Shown here: piece by piece, positions 17,722-28,300 of the stretch
Layout of the letters: every line of letters begins with the position of its first letter
How positions within the stretch are numbered: the stretch's first letter is position 1
Source: a virus
Lineage: Duplodnaviria; Caudoviricetes
Length of the DNA stretch: 64,000 nt
Virus record (IMG/VR): IMGVR_UViG_3300042444_000560
Span: 862 to 64,861 of that record
Reading direction: 5' to 3' (one strand)
The notes under the pieces: model-generated
Database searches by the model: none
Told to the model about the DNA's origin: nothing
What the model saw: the letters and a program-made list of their open reading frames with translations, nothing else
Program-made: the position numbers and the translations under genes

Positions 17722-18924
17722 GTGGCAAAATCTCCCCTATTCCGACTTGCCAGCCGAGCGGCGCGTTTTGCTGCGCGCCGTGCTTTCCAGCGTATGCCTG
17801 CGGGGAGGGCGATTACCCAGTCCCGACGCCAGCTCAAGGCTGGGGCGATGGCTCCCTTGCGGCGGGCGATGAACAAAGCCAGCCGCGACCTGACCGGCCG
17901 AACGGCGATGAACCGGGTGCGGCGGGAGTTGAACCGGACCAGCATGAGCGGCATGGCGATGCAGGCGGTCAATGCCCTGCTTCGCTCGATGGGGCCGTTC
18001 GGGCAAGCAATCCAAAGCTCAATCCGCAGCCGCGGCGGGCCGGCCAAGCAGCTTCAAGCAGCGGCCGACTTGCTGCGGTCCTACGGGTACGAGATTCTGG
18101 GTAAAGACCCGAATTGGGCGGGCTACCAGCGCGGGGAAGAAGCCGCCAAGGAAGTGTTGGAAAACGCGGGCTACACGATTACGCCTGGCGGTCGAGTCAT
18201 GCCGGCCAACCCGCCTCGCTGGATGCCATTTCCCGAGGAGGAGGAGCAGCCAGAAGCCACCACCGAAACCGCGACGGCACCCGGCAGGCCCAGCGACACT
18301 CAGCGACCGGACCTGAGCGAAGAAACACGCCGGCCACAGCAGCAGCCCGAGGGCGATGAGGATGAGGAGCCAGAGGTTACAGTCACACCGGAGATTCGCA
18401 CGCCGGCCAGCTCAAACGTCTATTCATTCCAGTACGACTACAGCCGGTCGATTCTCTACGTGCGCTACCAAGAGCACACTGTAAACCCCCGAGCGGCCAA
18501 GATGAGCAGTTCTGGCGGGCGAACGCACGTCAAAGGTGAGCTAGGCCGTACAGTGGGCGGCAAGACAGGCGGGCCGGGAGCGCTCTACGCTTATTACGAC
18601 GTGCCACCCCGAATCTTCGAGCGAATTGTGCGGGCTCCGAGCGCGGGCAAGGCGGTTTGGGATGACCTGCGGATACGCGGCACCGCCTACGGCCACCGAT
18701 TCCGCTACACCCTCGCAGCCGGCCAAGTGGTCAGCATGGATGGGCAAAAGGGCGTCTACATTCCGCGCAAGGTCACGCCGCAAGGCTTCAGGAGCCGCAC
18801 ACTGGCCATCGAGGGGACTGGCCGGCGAATCTACGGGCACAGTGCCCTACCAGAGGAACGGCGGAATTTCCGTGGCAGACCGAATCAACCGAATCGTGGT
18901 ACACCTAACCGAGGCCGACCATGA
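17722..18924 (+). CDS. Arg-rich protein with KTSC-like domain
   Basis: SSNVYSFQYD...LYVRY...YAYYDVP...APSAGK. Confidence 0.7.
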   Translation: MAKSPLFRLASRAARFAARRAFQRMPAGRAITQSRRQLKAGAMAPLRRAMNKASRDLTGRTAMNRVRRELNRTSMSGMAMQAVNALLRSMGPFGQAIQSSIRSRGGPAKQLQAAADLLRSYGYEILGKDPNWAGYQRGEEAAKEVLENAGYTITPGGRVMPANPPRWMPFPEEEEQPEATTETATAPGRPSDTQRPDLSEETRRPQQQPEGDEDEEPEVTVTPEIRTPASSNVYSFQYDYSRSILYVRYQEHTVNPRAAKMSSSGGRTHVKGELGRTVGGKTGGPGALYAYYDVPPRIFERIVRAPSAGKAVWDDLRIRGTAYGHRFRYTLAAGQVVSMDGQKGVYIPRKVTPQGFRSRTLAIEGTGRRIYGHSALPEERRNFRGRPNQPNRGTPNRGRP

Positions 18925-19127
18925 CCGCAACCAAGAGTAAGCCGAAGCTGCGAGCGCTGAACCTCGACGCCTTTTACGAGGGGCGGCAAGCCTTCAATTT
19001 AGGCCAACCCGCCAGCGTTTGCCCCTACACCAGCCGCAACACGGGACCGGCAAACGAGACTGACCAGCGGCTTGACTGGATGAACGGTTATTACCAAGCG
19101 AAGTACGGTGACAAATGGGGAGTGTGA
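18921..19127 (+). CDS. Rmf/CrpP-like small protein
   Basis: AFYEGRQAF..G....CPY...WMNGY. Confidence 0.55.
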   Translation: MTATKSKPKLRALNLDAFYEGRQAFNLGQPASVCPYTSRNTGPANETDQRLDWMNGYYQAKYGDKWGV

Positions 19128-19510
19128 TGTTGCACCCGGAACAAATCAGGGTCGGAATGTGGATACGGGTCGAGGACGTTCGGCCCTGCTCGATGCCGAT
19201 GGGCGATGGGGAAATCTTCGTTCATGCGCAGCAGCTCAGCCAAGCGCAATACGCGCTTTCAACCTTTGGCGGCATGCCGCTGCAAGTCGTGGCGGTGCAG
19301 TTTCCGTTTGTCCTGGCGAATTGCGGGCCGCGGGGCTTGCTGATGATTGACCTCCGCTTTAATCGCATCGGCAAGTGCGACAGCAAGTTTGTGGACGTGA
19401 TTAAGAGGATGCGGGCGCGGAACGCAATGGCGATTGCCCAGCTCCAATCCGAACCAACCCAGCCGCACAGCGATGAAAGCGGCGATGAACCTGAAGAAGT
19501 GAGCACCTGA
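19127..19510 (+). CDS. Hypothetical protein
   Basis: Coupled ORF before the portal. Confidence 0.6.
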   Translation: MLHPEQIRVGMWIRVEDVRPCSMPMGDGEIFVHAQQLSQAQYALSTFGGMPLQVVAVQFPFVLANCGPRGLLMIDLRFNRIGKCDSKFVDVIKRMRARNAMAIAQLQSEPTQPHSDESGDEPEEVST

Positions 19511-22500
19511 TGGACCGTGAAGCACTGGTAAAGGGACTGTTAGGCGGCAAGACGAGCAAGTACCCGCTCTCGGCTCAAACCGTGCCGATGAGCGTGGCCA
19601 ACGCCAGCAAGACCGACCCCGCCATGATGTGGCCCGGCTCGCCCCCCAACTGGGGTCAGCCGGACATGCCGCATATCTTCAGCTTTGTGGGCCGGTACGG
19701 CATGGTGGCCAATGCCTACATGCAGTCGGACGAAGCCCTGATGCACTCCTCGGCCAACGCCGAAATCATGCGGAACGAACCGATGATTATGGAGTGTGTC
19801 GAAGCCCGGATGCGATGTGTGGCGCTGCTCAACTGGCACATTCAGCCAGTCGATAACGATGTGCTCCGTGACGCGCTGGACAAAGCCGACAGCCAAGAGA
19901 CGGCAATGCGGATTCGGGCGGCGCTCAAGAAGCCCAAGAGCGATGCGCAGGTGATGGCGGACAAGCTCACCAGCATCCTCAAGCACACCCCGCACTTTAT
20001 GAAAATGCGGTACGCGTTGATGGACGCCATCTGGTACGGCAAGACCGCTACAGTGCAGACAATGGGCGTCCGGCCGATTGGCGGCCAGCGGCGGATTTTC
20101 GTTCGCAAGTGGGAGCCCAGGCACGGCGACAAGCTGATTTTCCGCTACGCCGATGGCTCTTACGAGTACGACCCCGACCAAGTGGGAATCCGAATCGGGC
20201 CGACCACCGAGGCCCATGATGACAAGTGGGTGGATTACGCCGGTTTCGAGCGGTCCCGAGTGGACGCGACCCAGCACGGCTTCGTCTACTGGTTTGATGG
20301 CCAGCAGCGGCGTCGAATCTGCCTGCACAAGCACATCATCGAGGACGGCGATTTCATGCGGCCCGAGAAGGCCGGCAGCATCAACGGCGTCGGAATCCGC
20401 AGCCGAATTTACTGGACGTGGTGGGCCTATCAAGAGAGCCTGAAACTGCTGCTCGAATACGTCGAGCGGTCGGCACTTGGTATCGAAATTTGGAAGTACC
20501 CTGCCCACGACCCCAAGGCTAAGGAACGCACAGAGAAGGCCGCCCAGGAACGCGGGGCCCCTGGCCGGAGCGTGGTGCTTGTGCCAATCCCGACCGGCGA
20601 ATACGGCGATATGTACGGGGTTCAGATTGTCGAGCCCGGGCTGGGTGGAATCAGTGAGCTGCAATCGGTTTTGCAGACCTTTTTCGGCCACAAAATCAAG
20701 CGGTACATTCTCGGCCAAACACTGACCAGCGAGGCAGAAGCGACCGGAATGGGCTCGGGTGTGGCTGATGCGCACCTTGCGACCTTCCATGACATCGTGA
20801 GATTCGACGGGCTCAACCTCGAAGAAACCATCACGACCGACTTGCTGCGGCCACTTCAGCAGTGGAATTTCCCCGGCACGGATGACATTTTCCTGCGGTT
20901 TGTCATCGACACCGAGTCGCCTGACGCGCAGGAGCGAATCGCCAGCTACCAAGCCGCCTGGGCAATGGGCGTAAAGATTCGCACCGAGGACATTTACGAC
21001 GCGCTGGGCGCCTCTCCGCCGACCGAAGGCGATGACTTCCTCGACAATCCGGGATTGGAGTCGGCGAGAATCAGCAACGAAGCCCAGAAGCAGCAGATTG
21101 CTCAACAGGCGATGATGATGCAGGCCCAGATGGGCGGCGGGCAGGCCCAACAGTTTGTACCCTTCCCCGACATGGGCGAGGGCGGCGTCCCTGGCGATGG
21201 CGATGGCGACGGCTTGGCCAACGACCAGCAGGACCAACTATTCGACGACCGGCAAATGGCATTTCAGTCCAACGCCGATGTCGAGCGATATTCCGCCCAT
21301 CAACCTGCGTACTCGCTAAAGGAACCTGCCTATGGCGAGAAAGACTTGTATTGGTGGGAGGTAACTCGATATGAGGCGAGGACCGACAAAGCGGGCAAAC
21401 TGTCCTCGAACGTCGAGGTCGAGACGCAGAAGTCGGGCAAACTGCCCGAGCTGCCATACCATCCCGACGCGCTCGACGTGACCAAGCGCGGTTTGCCCAA
21501 GGTCAATCAGACTGCGGTGCAATACACCAAGGTGGGGCCGGAGCACGCTCGTTCAGCCGTTCCGATTCTGACCGGCAAAGAACAGCTTTCGGTGCCGACA
21601 ATGGGCAAAGTCTCGAAGAAGACCGGCCAAGCGACGCCCAAGGCGCTGCATGTGGCACAGGCTATCAACAACCGCTCCACGGGCCGCGGCGGTGTGCTCC
21701 ATTTGCATCACCCGGAGCATCACGACTTCATTGCCAAGCAGCTTGCCGACGAAGCCCTGCACGCAATCAAAAGCAATGGCGGGGGCACTGGCTGGTACGA
21801 CAGGCAGATGAAGGGGACAATGCGGTATGTGGGCCGCATGTTTCCGCAAATTAAGTCTGACCGAGGACTGGCGACTGCTTTCAAGGCAATTCTGGCCGTG
21901 ACGAGCGGCGGTACAGACGTGATGAAGAATTTCGGTAATGCGCTCGACCAGTTTGACCATTACCTGAAAACCTACGACCCCAAAGTCGGGTACGGGCAGT
22001 TTAACCACCGGGCAACTGGTGGCGGCAAGCAGCAAAAAGCGATTCGGGCCAACATCAAGCGACTAAACGGTTTGATTCAAGAATACGGGCAAGACGGGCT
22101 GCGGAAATTCCTGCTGAGCAAGAGTACGGTCGGCGAACTGCTGAAGAAAGGCTACAAGGCTAATGGAGAGTTGCGGGACCATACAGTTTACAACTCAGCC
22201 GTTTTCGGTCCAAAGATTGGAGCTTTTTTCGCCAACTTGCACGGCAAGTACGACCCAGTGACGATGGATATGTGGTGGATGCGGACGGTCAATCGGCTTC
22301 GGGGCACGCTCACTAAATACAACCCCGACACGGTTCGGCAGCAGGCCGGATATATCCACAACGCGCTGTTGCACACCAGCCCCTACGAAAAGGACAAGCT
22401 GCACGGTTACAAGCGGAACGACCTGATTCGACTCGCCAAGCACGTTCACAGGACGGGCGACCTGTCGCAGGCCGGGCCGCTGAAAGATTGGGCACTTCAG

Positions 22501-22857
22501 CGATACAAAGCCTTTGCGACTTCAACCAACCCCGCGACGGGCGAAGGCAGTTTCCACGACCGCAACCACGTCAACAACGCCGCCAGGAATTTCTATCGCT
22601 CGTTCTTCGAGGAGAACCTAAAGCCCGAGAACGGCATGGACCGACACCATATGCGGAAATTGGCTGAGAAAGTCCAGTTTATCTTAGGTAAACGCGGCCA
22701 CCACATCACCAACGCCGAGTTGCAGGCCACGCTCTGGTATCACGAAAAGAATCTGTGGCGGCACTTGGGCTACGTCAACACCAAGGCCGAGCCAATGTCG
22801 TTCTTGGATGCGGCAAAGGCACATTTTAAGCTGAGAAGCGGAAGGGGGACTCGATGA
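19510..22857 (+). CDS. Portal protein (Mu gp29/DUF935-like) fused to a C-terminal polyvalent-protein domain
   Basis: DAIWYG, ILGQTLTS, G.GSGVADAH motifs in aa 1-520; Gln/acidic linker; C-terminal domain with GWY, GPKIGAFFANL, TMDMWWMR, QATLWY. Confidence 0.85.
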   Translation: MDREALVKGLLGGKTSKYPLSAQTVPMSVANASKTDPAMMWPGSPPNWGQPDMPHIFSFVGRYGMVANAYMQSDEALMHSSANAEIMRNEPMIMECVEARMRCVALLNWHIQPVDNDVLRDALDKADSQETAMRIRAALKKPKSDAQVMADKLTSILKHTPHFMKMRYALMDAIWYGKTATVQTMGVRPIGGQRRIFVRKWEPRHGDKLIFRYADGSYEYDPDQVGIRIGPTTEAHDDKWVDYAGFERSRVDATQHGFVYWFDGQQRRRICLHKHIIEDGDFMRPEKAGSINGVGIRSRIYWTWWAYQESLKLLLEYVERSALGIEIWKYPAHDPKAKERTEKAAQERGAPGRSVVLVPIPTGEYGDMYGVQIVEPGLGGISELQSVLQTFFGHKIKRYILGQTLTSEAEATGMGSGVADAHLATFHDIVRFDGLNLEETITTDLLRPLQQWNFPGTDDIFLRFVIDTESPDAQERIASYQAAWAMGVKIRTEDIYDALGASPPTEGDDFLDNPGLESARISNEAQKQQIAQQAMMMQAQMGGGQAQQFVPFPDMGEGGVPGDGDGDGLANDQQDQLFDDRQMAFQSNADVERYSAHQPAYSLKEPAYGEKDLYWWEVTRYEARTDKAGKLSSNVEVETQKSGKLPELPYHPDALDVTKRGLPKVNQTAVQYTKVGPEHARSAVPILTGKEQLSVPTMGKVSKKTGQATPKALHVAQAINNRSTGRGGVLHLHHPEHHDFIAKQLADEALHAIKSNGGGTGWYDRQMKGTMRYVGRMFPQIKSDRGLATAFKAILAVTSGGTDVMKNFGNALDQFDHYLKTYDPKVGYGQFNHRATGGGKQQKAIRANIKRLNGLIQEYGQDGLRKFLLSKSTVGELLKKGYKANGELRDHTVYNSAVFGPKIGAFFANLHGKYDPVTMDMWWMRTVNRLRGTLTKYNPDTVRQQAGYIHNALLHTSPYEKDKLHGYKRNDLIRLAKHVHRTGDLSQAGPLKDWALQRYKAFATSTNPATGEGSFHDRNHVNNAARNFYRSFFEENLKPENGMDRHHMRKLAEKVQFILGKRGHHITNAELQATLWYHEKNLWRHLGYVNTKAEPMSFLDAAKAHFKLRSGRGTR

Positions 22858-25025
22858 GCATTTACCGAGCAAGCGGCTGGCATGACGAGGAGCACCCGGA
22901 CCAGCAGGACTTCGACAACTGGCTGGTCGAAAACGAAGATGCCGTGCATCAAATCCACACTCGCCCAGAGTTTCGCCAGTGGGTTCAAAACGCAATTAAC
23001 AACCACATCGACGACGGTGACCTGGAGGTGGATTGGGACGCCCCTGACGACGAGGAGCAGACTGACCTGGGGGAATGGACGCCGAACAAGCGGGTGGCGG
23101 ATAACTCGTTCGGCGATTTCGACCGCTTTCAAGCTGATGCCATCGTGGACCGCTTTGGCCGGTACAAGCCTATGCAGGGCCAAGGCTCGTTCGATTGGGA
23201 TGAATCAGCGCACCCCCGAGAGCAGGAGGCCCACGACGGCAAGCGGCCCGGTGAGTTTGCGCCAAAGGCGTATGAGGATTGGGACAGCCAGCGGCACGAA
23301 CGAAACGGCGACAAGCCGACCAGCTTCCTGACCGGCCACAGCTCGGACGGTGTTCGGCAAGCAGCCAAGCAGAATCCGGGGCTCGGCCTGCTGATTACCC
23401 CGCTGACCCAGCAATACATTGGGCACGCCGGCGACTACTCGCATATCGCCTTGGATAACGGGGTTTACTCGGAGTTCAAGGGCTCGGCTCCGTTCTCTCC
23501 CGAGAAGTTTCGGGCGATGATTGCCAAGGTCGCCAAAGACCCTGCTCTGGCCGCCAAGACGCAGTTTGTGGTCGCTCCTGATGTGGTCGGCGACTGGGAG
23601 AAAACCTTAGAGCGGTCAAAGCCGTGGCTGGCGGAGATTCGCAAATCAGGCTTGCCGGTTGCGTTTGCCGCCCAAGACGGGATTGAAAAGAACCCCGACA
23701 AAATCCCGTGGGACGATTTTGACGTGTTGTTTATCGGGGGCTCGACTGCTTGGAAGCTCGGGTTCAACCCGATACCTGGCGTTTTCCGGCCAACCGATGA
23801 CCAACTTCGCAAGGCCGGTTACAACTCTGATTTTGGCAAGATGCTGAAAGAAGCAAAGGCAAGGGGCAAGCGCATTCACATGGGGCGCGTTAATTCGTGG
23901 AAGCGGGCCGAAATGGCCAACTACGGGATGCAGCTCGATACGATGGACGGCAACTTCATTGGAGTCGCCCCGGACCAGAACCTTCCCAAAGTGCTCGGGT
24001 GGCTCAATGCGATTACCCACGGGATGAAAAAGCCAAGCGAGCAGCAGCCCAACCCCCGCGCATGGACCAATAACGGAGACGGTACTTGGACCACGCCAAA
24101 CGGGACGGTGTGGAAAAAGGCAAGCAAGGACGGGGAGGTCAGTCCAGTAAACGGCAAGCCATACAGGGGCGGCGAGCTGATGCCGATTCACGGGCTCGCC
24201 AGCGGCTTGCCCAAGCCTGAACCTAAACCCAAGCGGGACAAGGACTCAGGACAATCCAAGGTTGATGAGGATGGCCGCCAGAAGGATGATTGGAAAGAGC
24301 CCAAAGTCCGGCAACTGACCCCCGAGCAGATTGAACGGGAGAAGGAGGGCCGGGAGCGGCAGCGCAAGTGGGACGAAATCACGTCCGGCATTATCGGCAA
24401 GTCGCTGGGGCTGGGCGACCGGCCGCATTATATCGACCGAGGCTGGGGAATAGCCAAGGTCTGGATGGCGGAAGCCGAGCGTATTGGCCCAGAGGCCACA
24501 AAAAAACTTGTGGATGCCGCAAAAAAAGTTGCACTTAAAGGCTACGCCGAGCTGTATCGCCAAAAGGGTGAGGCTGACCCGAAAGCGGCGGCGCAGAAAA
24601 CACTGGATTGGCGGCACGCTAATTGGCAAGAGAGCCTGCTGACTCAAGGCGACGTGTTCACGAAGAAACACAAAGCCAAGAATCCGCATACGCCTGAGTT
24701 GCGGCATTACGTGGAGCTGGCCCTAGAGGGTGCCGGCAATCAAATCGACGGTCTGTACGAGATTCACAAAGCACTAGGCGAAGCCGAAAAGCACAGCGCC
24801 CAAGCTGAAGTAGACCGCTACGGCAAGGTGAAGCCGATGGCCGGCCAAGCAGCCTTTGATTTTGATAGGCAGGAGCCTAACAAGCAAGCAGAATCGCAGC
24901 CAGCACCGGAAGCAGAACCGGAGCCGACCCACCCGTTTGCGATTCGTCTCAAAAGGTATTTGGAGTTGAAAGACAAGGCGGTTCGGGCAGGATTAAAAGA
25001 GCCCAGAACTGACCTGCTCAAGTAG
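22854..25025 (+). CDS. Multidomain putative virion protein with a TGT/DpdA-like domain
   Basis: LDNG, PDVVGD, AAQDG, FIGGST.WK, HMGRVNS, D..DG motifs; WDESAHPR motif. Confidence 0.7.
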   Translation: MSIYRASGWHDEEHPDQQDFDNWLVENEDAVHQIHTRPEFRQWVQNAINNHIDDGDLEVDWDAPDDEEQTDLGEWTPNKRVADNSFGDFDRFQADAIVDRFGRYKPMQGQGSFDWDESAHPREQEAHDGKRPGEFAPKAYEDWDSQRHERNGDKPTSFLTGHSSDGVRQAAKQNPGLGLLITPLTQQYIGHAGDYSHIALDNGVYSEFKGSAPFSPEKFRAMIAKVAKDPALAAKTQFVVAPDVVGDWEKTLERSKPWLAEIRKSGLPVAFAAQDGIEKNPDKIPWDDFDVLFIGGSTAWKLGFNPIPGVFRPTDDQLRKAGYNSDFGKMLKEAKARGKRIHMGRVNSWKRAEMANYGMQLDTMDGNFIGVAPDQNLPKVLGWLNAITHGMKKPSEQQPNPRAWTNNGDGTWTTPNGTVWKKASKDGEVSPVNGKPYRGGELMPIHGLASGLPKPEPKPKRDKDSGQSKVDEDGRQKDDWKEPKVRQLTPEQIEREKEGRERQRKWDEITSGIIGKSLGLGDRPHYIDRGWGIAKVWMAEAERIGPEATKKLVDAAKKVALKGYAELYRQKGEADPKAAAQKTLDWRHANWQESLLTQGDVFTKKHKAKNPHTPELRHYVELALEGAGNQIDGLYEIHKALGEAEKHSAQAEVDRYGKVKPMAGQAAFDFDRQEPNKQAESQPAPEAEPEPTHPFAIRLKRYLELKDKAVRAGLKEPRTDLLK

Positions 25026-25049
25026 TCCTCATAGGCAGGAGCCTAGTAG

Positions 25050-25328
25050 GTGCCGAAGAAGCAACGGAAGCAGTGCCCAGTCTGCGGCAAGTGGGTAGAG
25101 ACGGTTAGCCGGACCTGCTCAATCAAGTGTGCCCGAGTCGCCTTTCCCCAGCCTCACCGAAATCCCGACCCGACAGAGGACGAGATACGAGAAGCCTGCG
25201 AGGAGATACGCAAAACATGGTCGCCGGAAGAAACAGCGCGCAGGCAGGTCGGCCCCAAGCCGCCTGACACGCCAATCAAAACGATACCCGCCCAGGCTAC
25301 TCGCCGAGGCGGTCCAACCTACGAGTAA
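25050..25328 (+). CDS. Small Zn-finger protein
   Basis: CPVCG...TCSIKC; AGGAG RBS. Confidence 0.6.
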   Translation: MPKKQRKQCPVCGKWVETVSRTCSIKCARVAFPQPHRNPDPTEDEIREACEEIRKTWSPEETARRQVGPKPPDTPIKTIPAQATRRGGPTYE

Positions 25329-25332
25329 GCGA

Positions 25333-28300
25333 ATGACACTGGCTGAGCGCATCGCTGCCCGACTCTCGGGCATTTCCACGGAACGATTTATGTTTGGCCT
25401 GTTCGGTGAGGGCCGAATGGGCGAGGGCGGGTTTGGCAAGCTCCAGATTCTGGGCAAGACGAAGCACGTTACGCGCTGCCAGAACTGCGGGCGGGCCGGC
25501 CTGAAACATGCGGTTGTTTGCGCGGTCGTCGGCGAAGATGGCCACCCCACCAACCAGTATTACTACTTTGGGACCGACTGCGCTGCTAAGTTGGCTGGCA
25601 AGGCTGAAAAGGACGTGGAAGCCGAAGCCGAGCACCAGGAATCGAGCGGTCGGCCACGAATGAAGAATCTGAAGCCCACCAAGCCCAACGAGGGCCAAAT
25701 GGAGCTGTCGTTGCGATTTGCGGCAGCATGGCAGGCCCACGTCGAGCGCTACGGCCGGGTGAAGCCGACCAAGGGCCAAGCGGCGTTTGACTTCGACGCG
25801 ATGGCCAGTGCGCCACAGGCCGAGCCAGCAGCAGGCAAGCCGGCAGCCGTCGAGCCCCCTGCCCTGCCTTCCAAAGGCAAGCAGATGGGTCTGTTTGACC
25901 AGCCACAAGCCGCAGCGCCGGCCGCCAAGCCTGCGAGCGACTGGGACGAGAAGAAGCACCCCCGCTGGGACGCTGGCGACAAGCAGCACCACGGCGGGCA
26001 GTTTGCGCCAGCGCAGGCCGAGAAGCCAAAAGCCGAAGTGCAGTCTGAGCCTGATTATGAAGCTATCGCCAAGAAGGCGATTTCCGAGGGCAAGGGCGTG
26101 CTGTCTCTCGGCCGTGAAATGGGCCTGAGCACCCAGCAGCACCGCAATCTCTGGGCGACCTGGGCTGCAATGGCATCCGAGGAGGGGGACAAAAGCAGCA
26201 TGCCGCTGTTCAAGCCGGCAGCGAGAAAGCAAGAAGCCCCTGCCGAGCAGCCTGAGAGCGAACATCAATTCCCCAATCTTCAGTGGACGCCGAAGCACGT
26301 CGGCGAAATGAGCTACCTGCATGGGCTGGAAATGGAAGCCGGAGGAGGCTTAGCGCACCTGCGCCCGAGCGAAAAGTCTCGGATTACAGCCGCCAAACGG
26401 TCGTTGACGCAAGAGCGGAATAAGAAGCCGCTGTTTGCCGAGCAAATCAAAGAAGTGCAGGAAACCCCAGAAGCCCGGGTTGCAAAGTACGACGACAAGT
26501 ACAAGGAAATGAAAGCCAGTTCGATTTCAAGTGAACTGGCGTCTTGGAAACGGCTGGATGAAAAGTTGGATTCGATGCCGGAGGCCGACAGAAAGAAAAT
26601 CCTTGAGCACATCAGCCAGCGGCAGTATCTGCAAGACGTGACGAGAGCGATGGGTTTCATCAATCGTGACCCGATTGGGGAAATCGCAGCCAGCGAAAAG
26701 AAACGCGCCGAGATTGCGGCTGCCAAGGCAAGGCAGGAACAGCCAGCGGCACAGCCTGCCCAATTCGACTTTGCCGCCATCGTGAAAGAGGCCCGAGCCA
26801 AGGGCCAGAATATCCATGCAGCAGCCCGAGAGGCCGGCGTCCCAGTGACGCATGAAAACAAGCGGGCGCTGATGAAAGCGGTAAACGACCTGCCGCCAGA
26901 GGAGCCGAAGATTGGCCCGGGGCAAGCGCGGGGGCAAGCGAAGTTCAATGAGGCAAGGGCCAAGGAGGAGCGGCCCGCCGAGTTCAATAACATGACGCCA
27001 ATAGGCAAGCGTTTACTTGAAGCTACCCGGCACATGGACGATGAGAAATTTAAGAAGTTTATTCGAGAAGCCGCACCAGTCGTGCGAATGAATCAAGCGA
27101 GACTGATGGCGCAGATTGACTACGACGGGCTGATGAAAGCTAAGGAGTTTTCGGGGCAAGCAGGTTTTACTAACCCAGACATGCCGTTGTTGTGGCCGCA
27201 CGATGCCGCCACATTCCCGCAGGCAAACAACCCGCCAGCGATGAACACCACTAAACCTGGCGACTTGTTGTGGTCGCCGACGTTTAGCGGAACCCCGGCT
27301 CTGCTTCAGGTCGTATCACGAAACGGCAAGAAGCAAAAGCTAAAAATAATCAGCGGTCCTGATGAAATGATGGTTGGAAAAACGATTGACTGGCACGCCG
27401 ACCAGAACAACGTCATGTTTCGCGAGGCCACTGCGAAAGAGGCTAAATTATTTGGCCCAAAACCGCCGCAGGAATCGCCGGACGGGCTTCCGCTTTTTGC
27501 TTCGTCGAATACCAAAGAGATACCGCCGCAATCAGGTTATCAGTTTCCGCATTTGAAGTGGACGCCCAAGCACATCGGTGAGTTCAATGGTCCGTTCTCG
27601 CTGAACAAAATGGCCGACCCCGAGGAATGGCCCTACAAAGAACAACAAGATTACGTCGCAAGAGAATTGCCGATTTTAAAGCAAATCGACGAAAAGCTTG
27701 ACGCAATGCCGGAGGCCGACCGCAAGCGGATAGTTGAACATTTGGTGCAAAATCCTGCGCTTCAAATCGACGACCATAAAGTTCTTTCGTTTTTAGGCAA
27801 TAACCCGTTACAGCAGATTGATGCCTTTGAGCGGCCGTATCGTGAGCGAGCTGCAAAACAAGCCGCGGGTAAGCTTGCTGAGCCTGCCGGCGATGGCGAT
27901 AAAGAAAGTCACAGCCTTGCCGACGAAGCCCGAGAGCTAAGCGAACGGGCGAGCCGGCTCGTCGAGCGGTATTCCGAGGCTGGCGAGTTGCAGCCGGGAC
28001 TCAAGGGCCAGCAGGATAATCACCCGCACTGGGAAACACCCGAGTTCAAAAGCTGGTTCGGGCAGAGCAAGGCGGTTCAGCCCACCGGCAAACCGCTGCG
28101 GGTATTCCACGGCAGCAAGCGACCTGACCGGATTGGCAGCGAGTTCAAGGCCAACCGCGCCACCAGCGGGCCAATGTCGTTTTTTACTGATGACCCGGAT
28201 ATTGCCAGTAGCTACGCGACCGGCAAGCGGGATACCAGCTTGGAAATGCCGGAGAGCTACGCCGGCTGGTTCAAATACAAGCCCCAGGGCAGTCGTGGAC

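Noticed and set aside
25129-25332. Upstream extension of the giant ORF
   Set aside because: It overlaps the credible 25050-25328 gene; ATG 25333 is the more plausible start.
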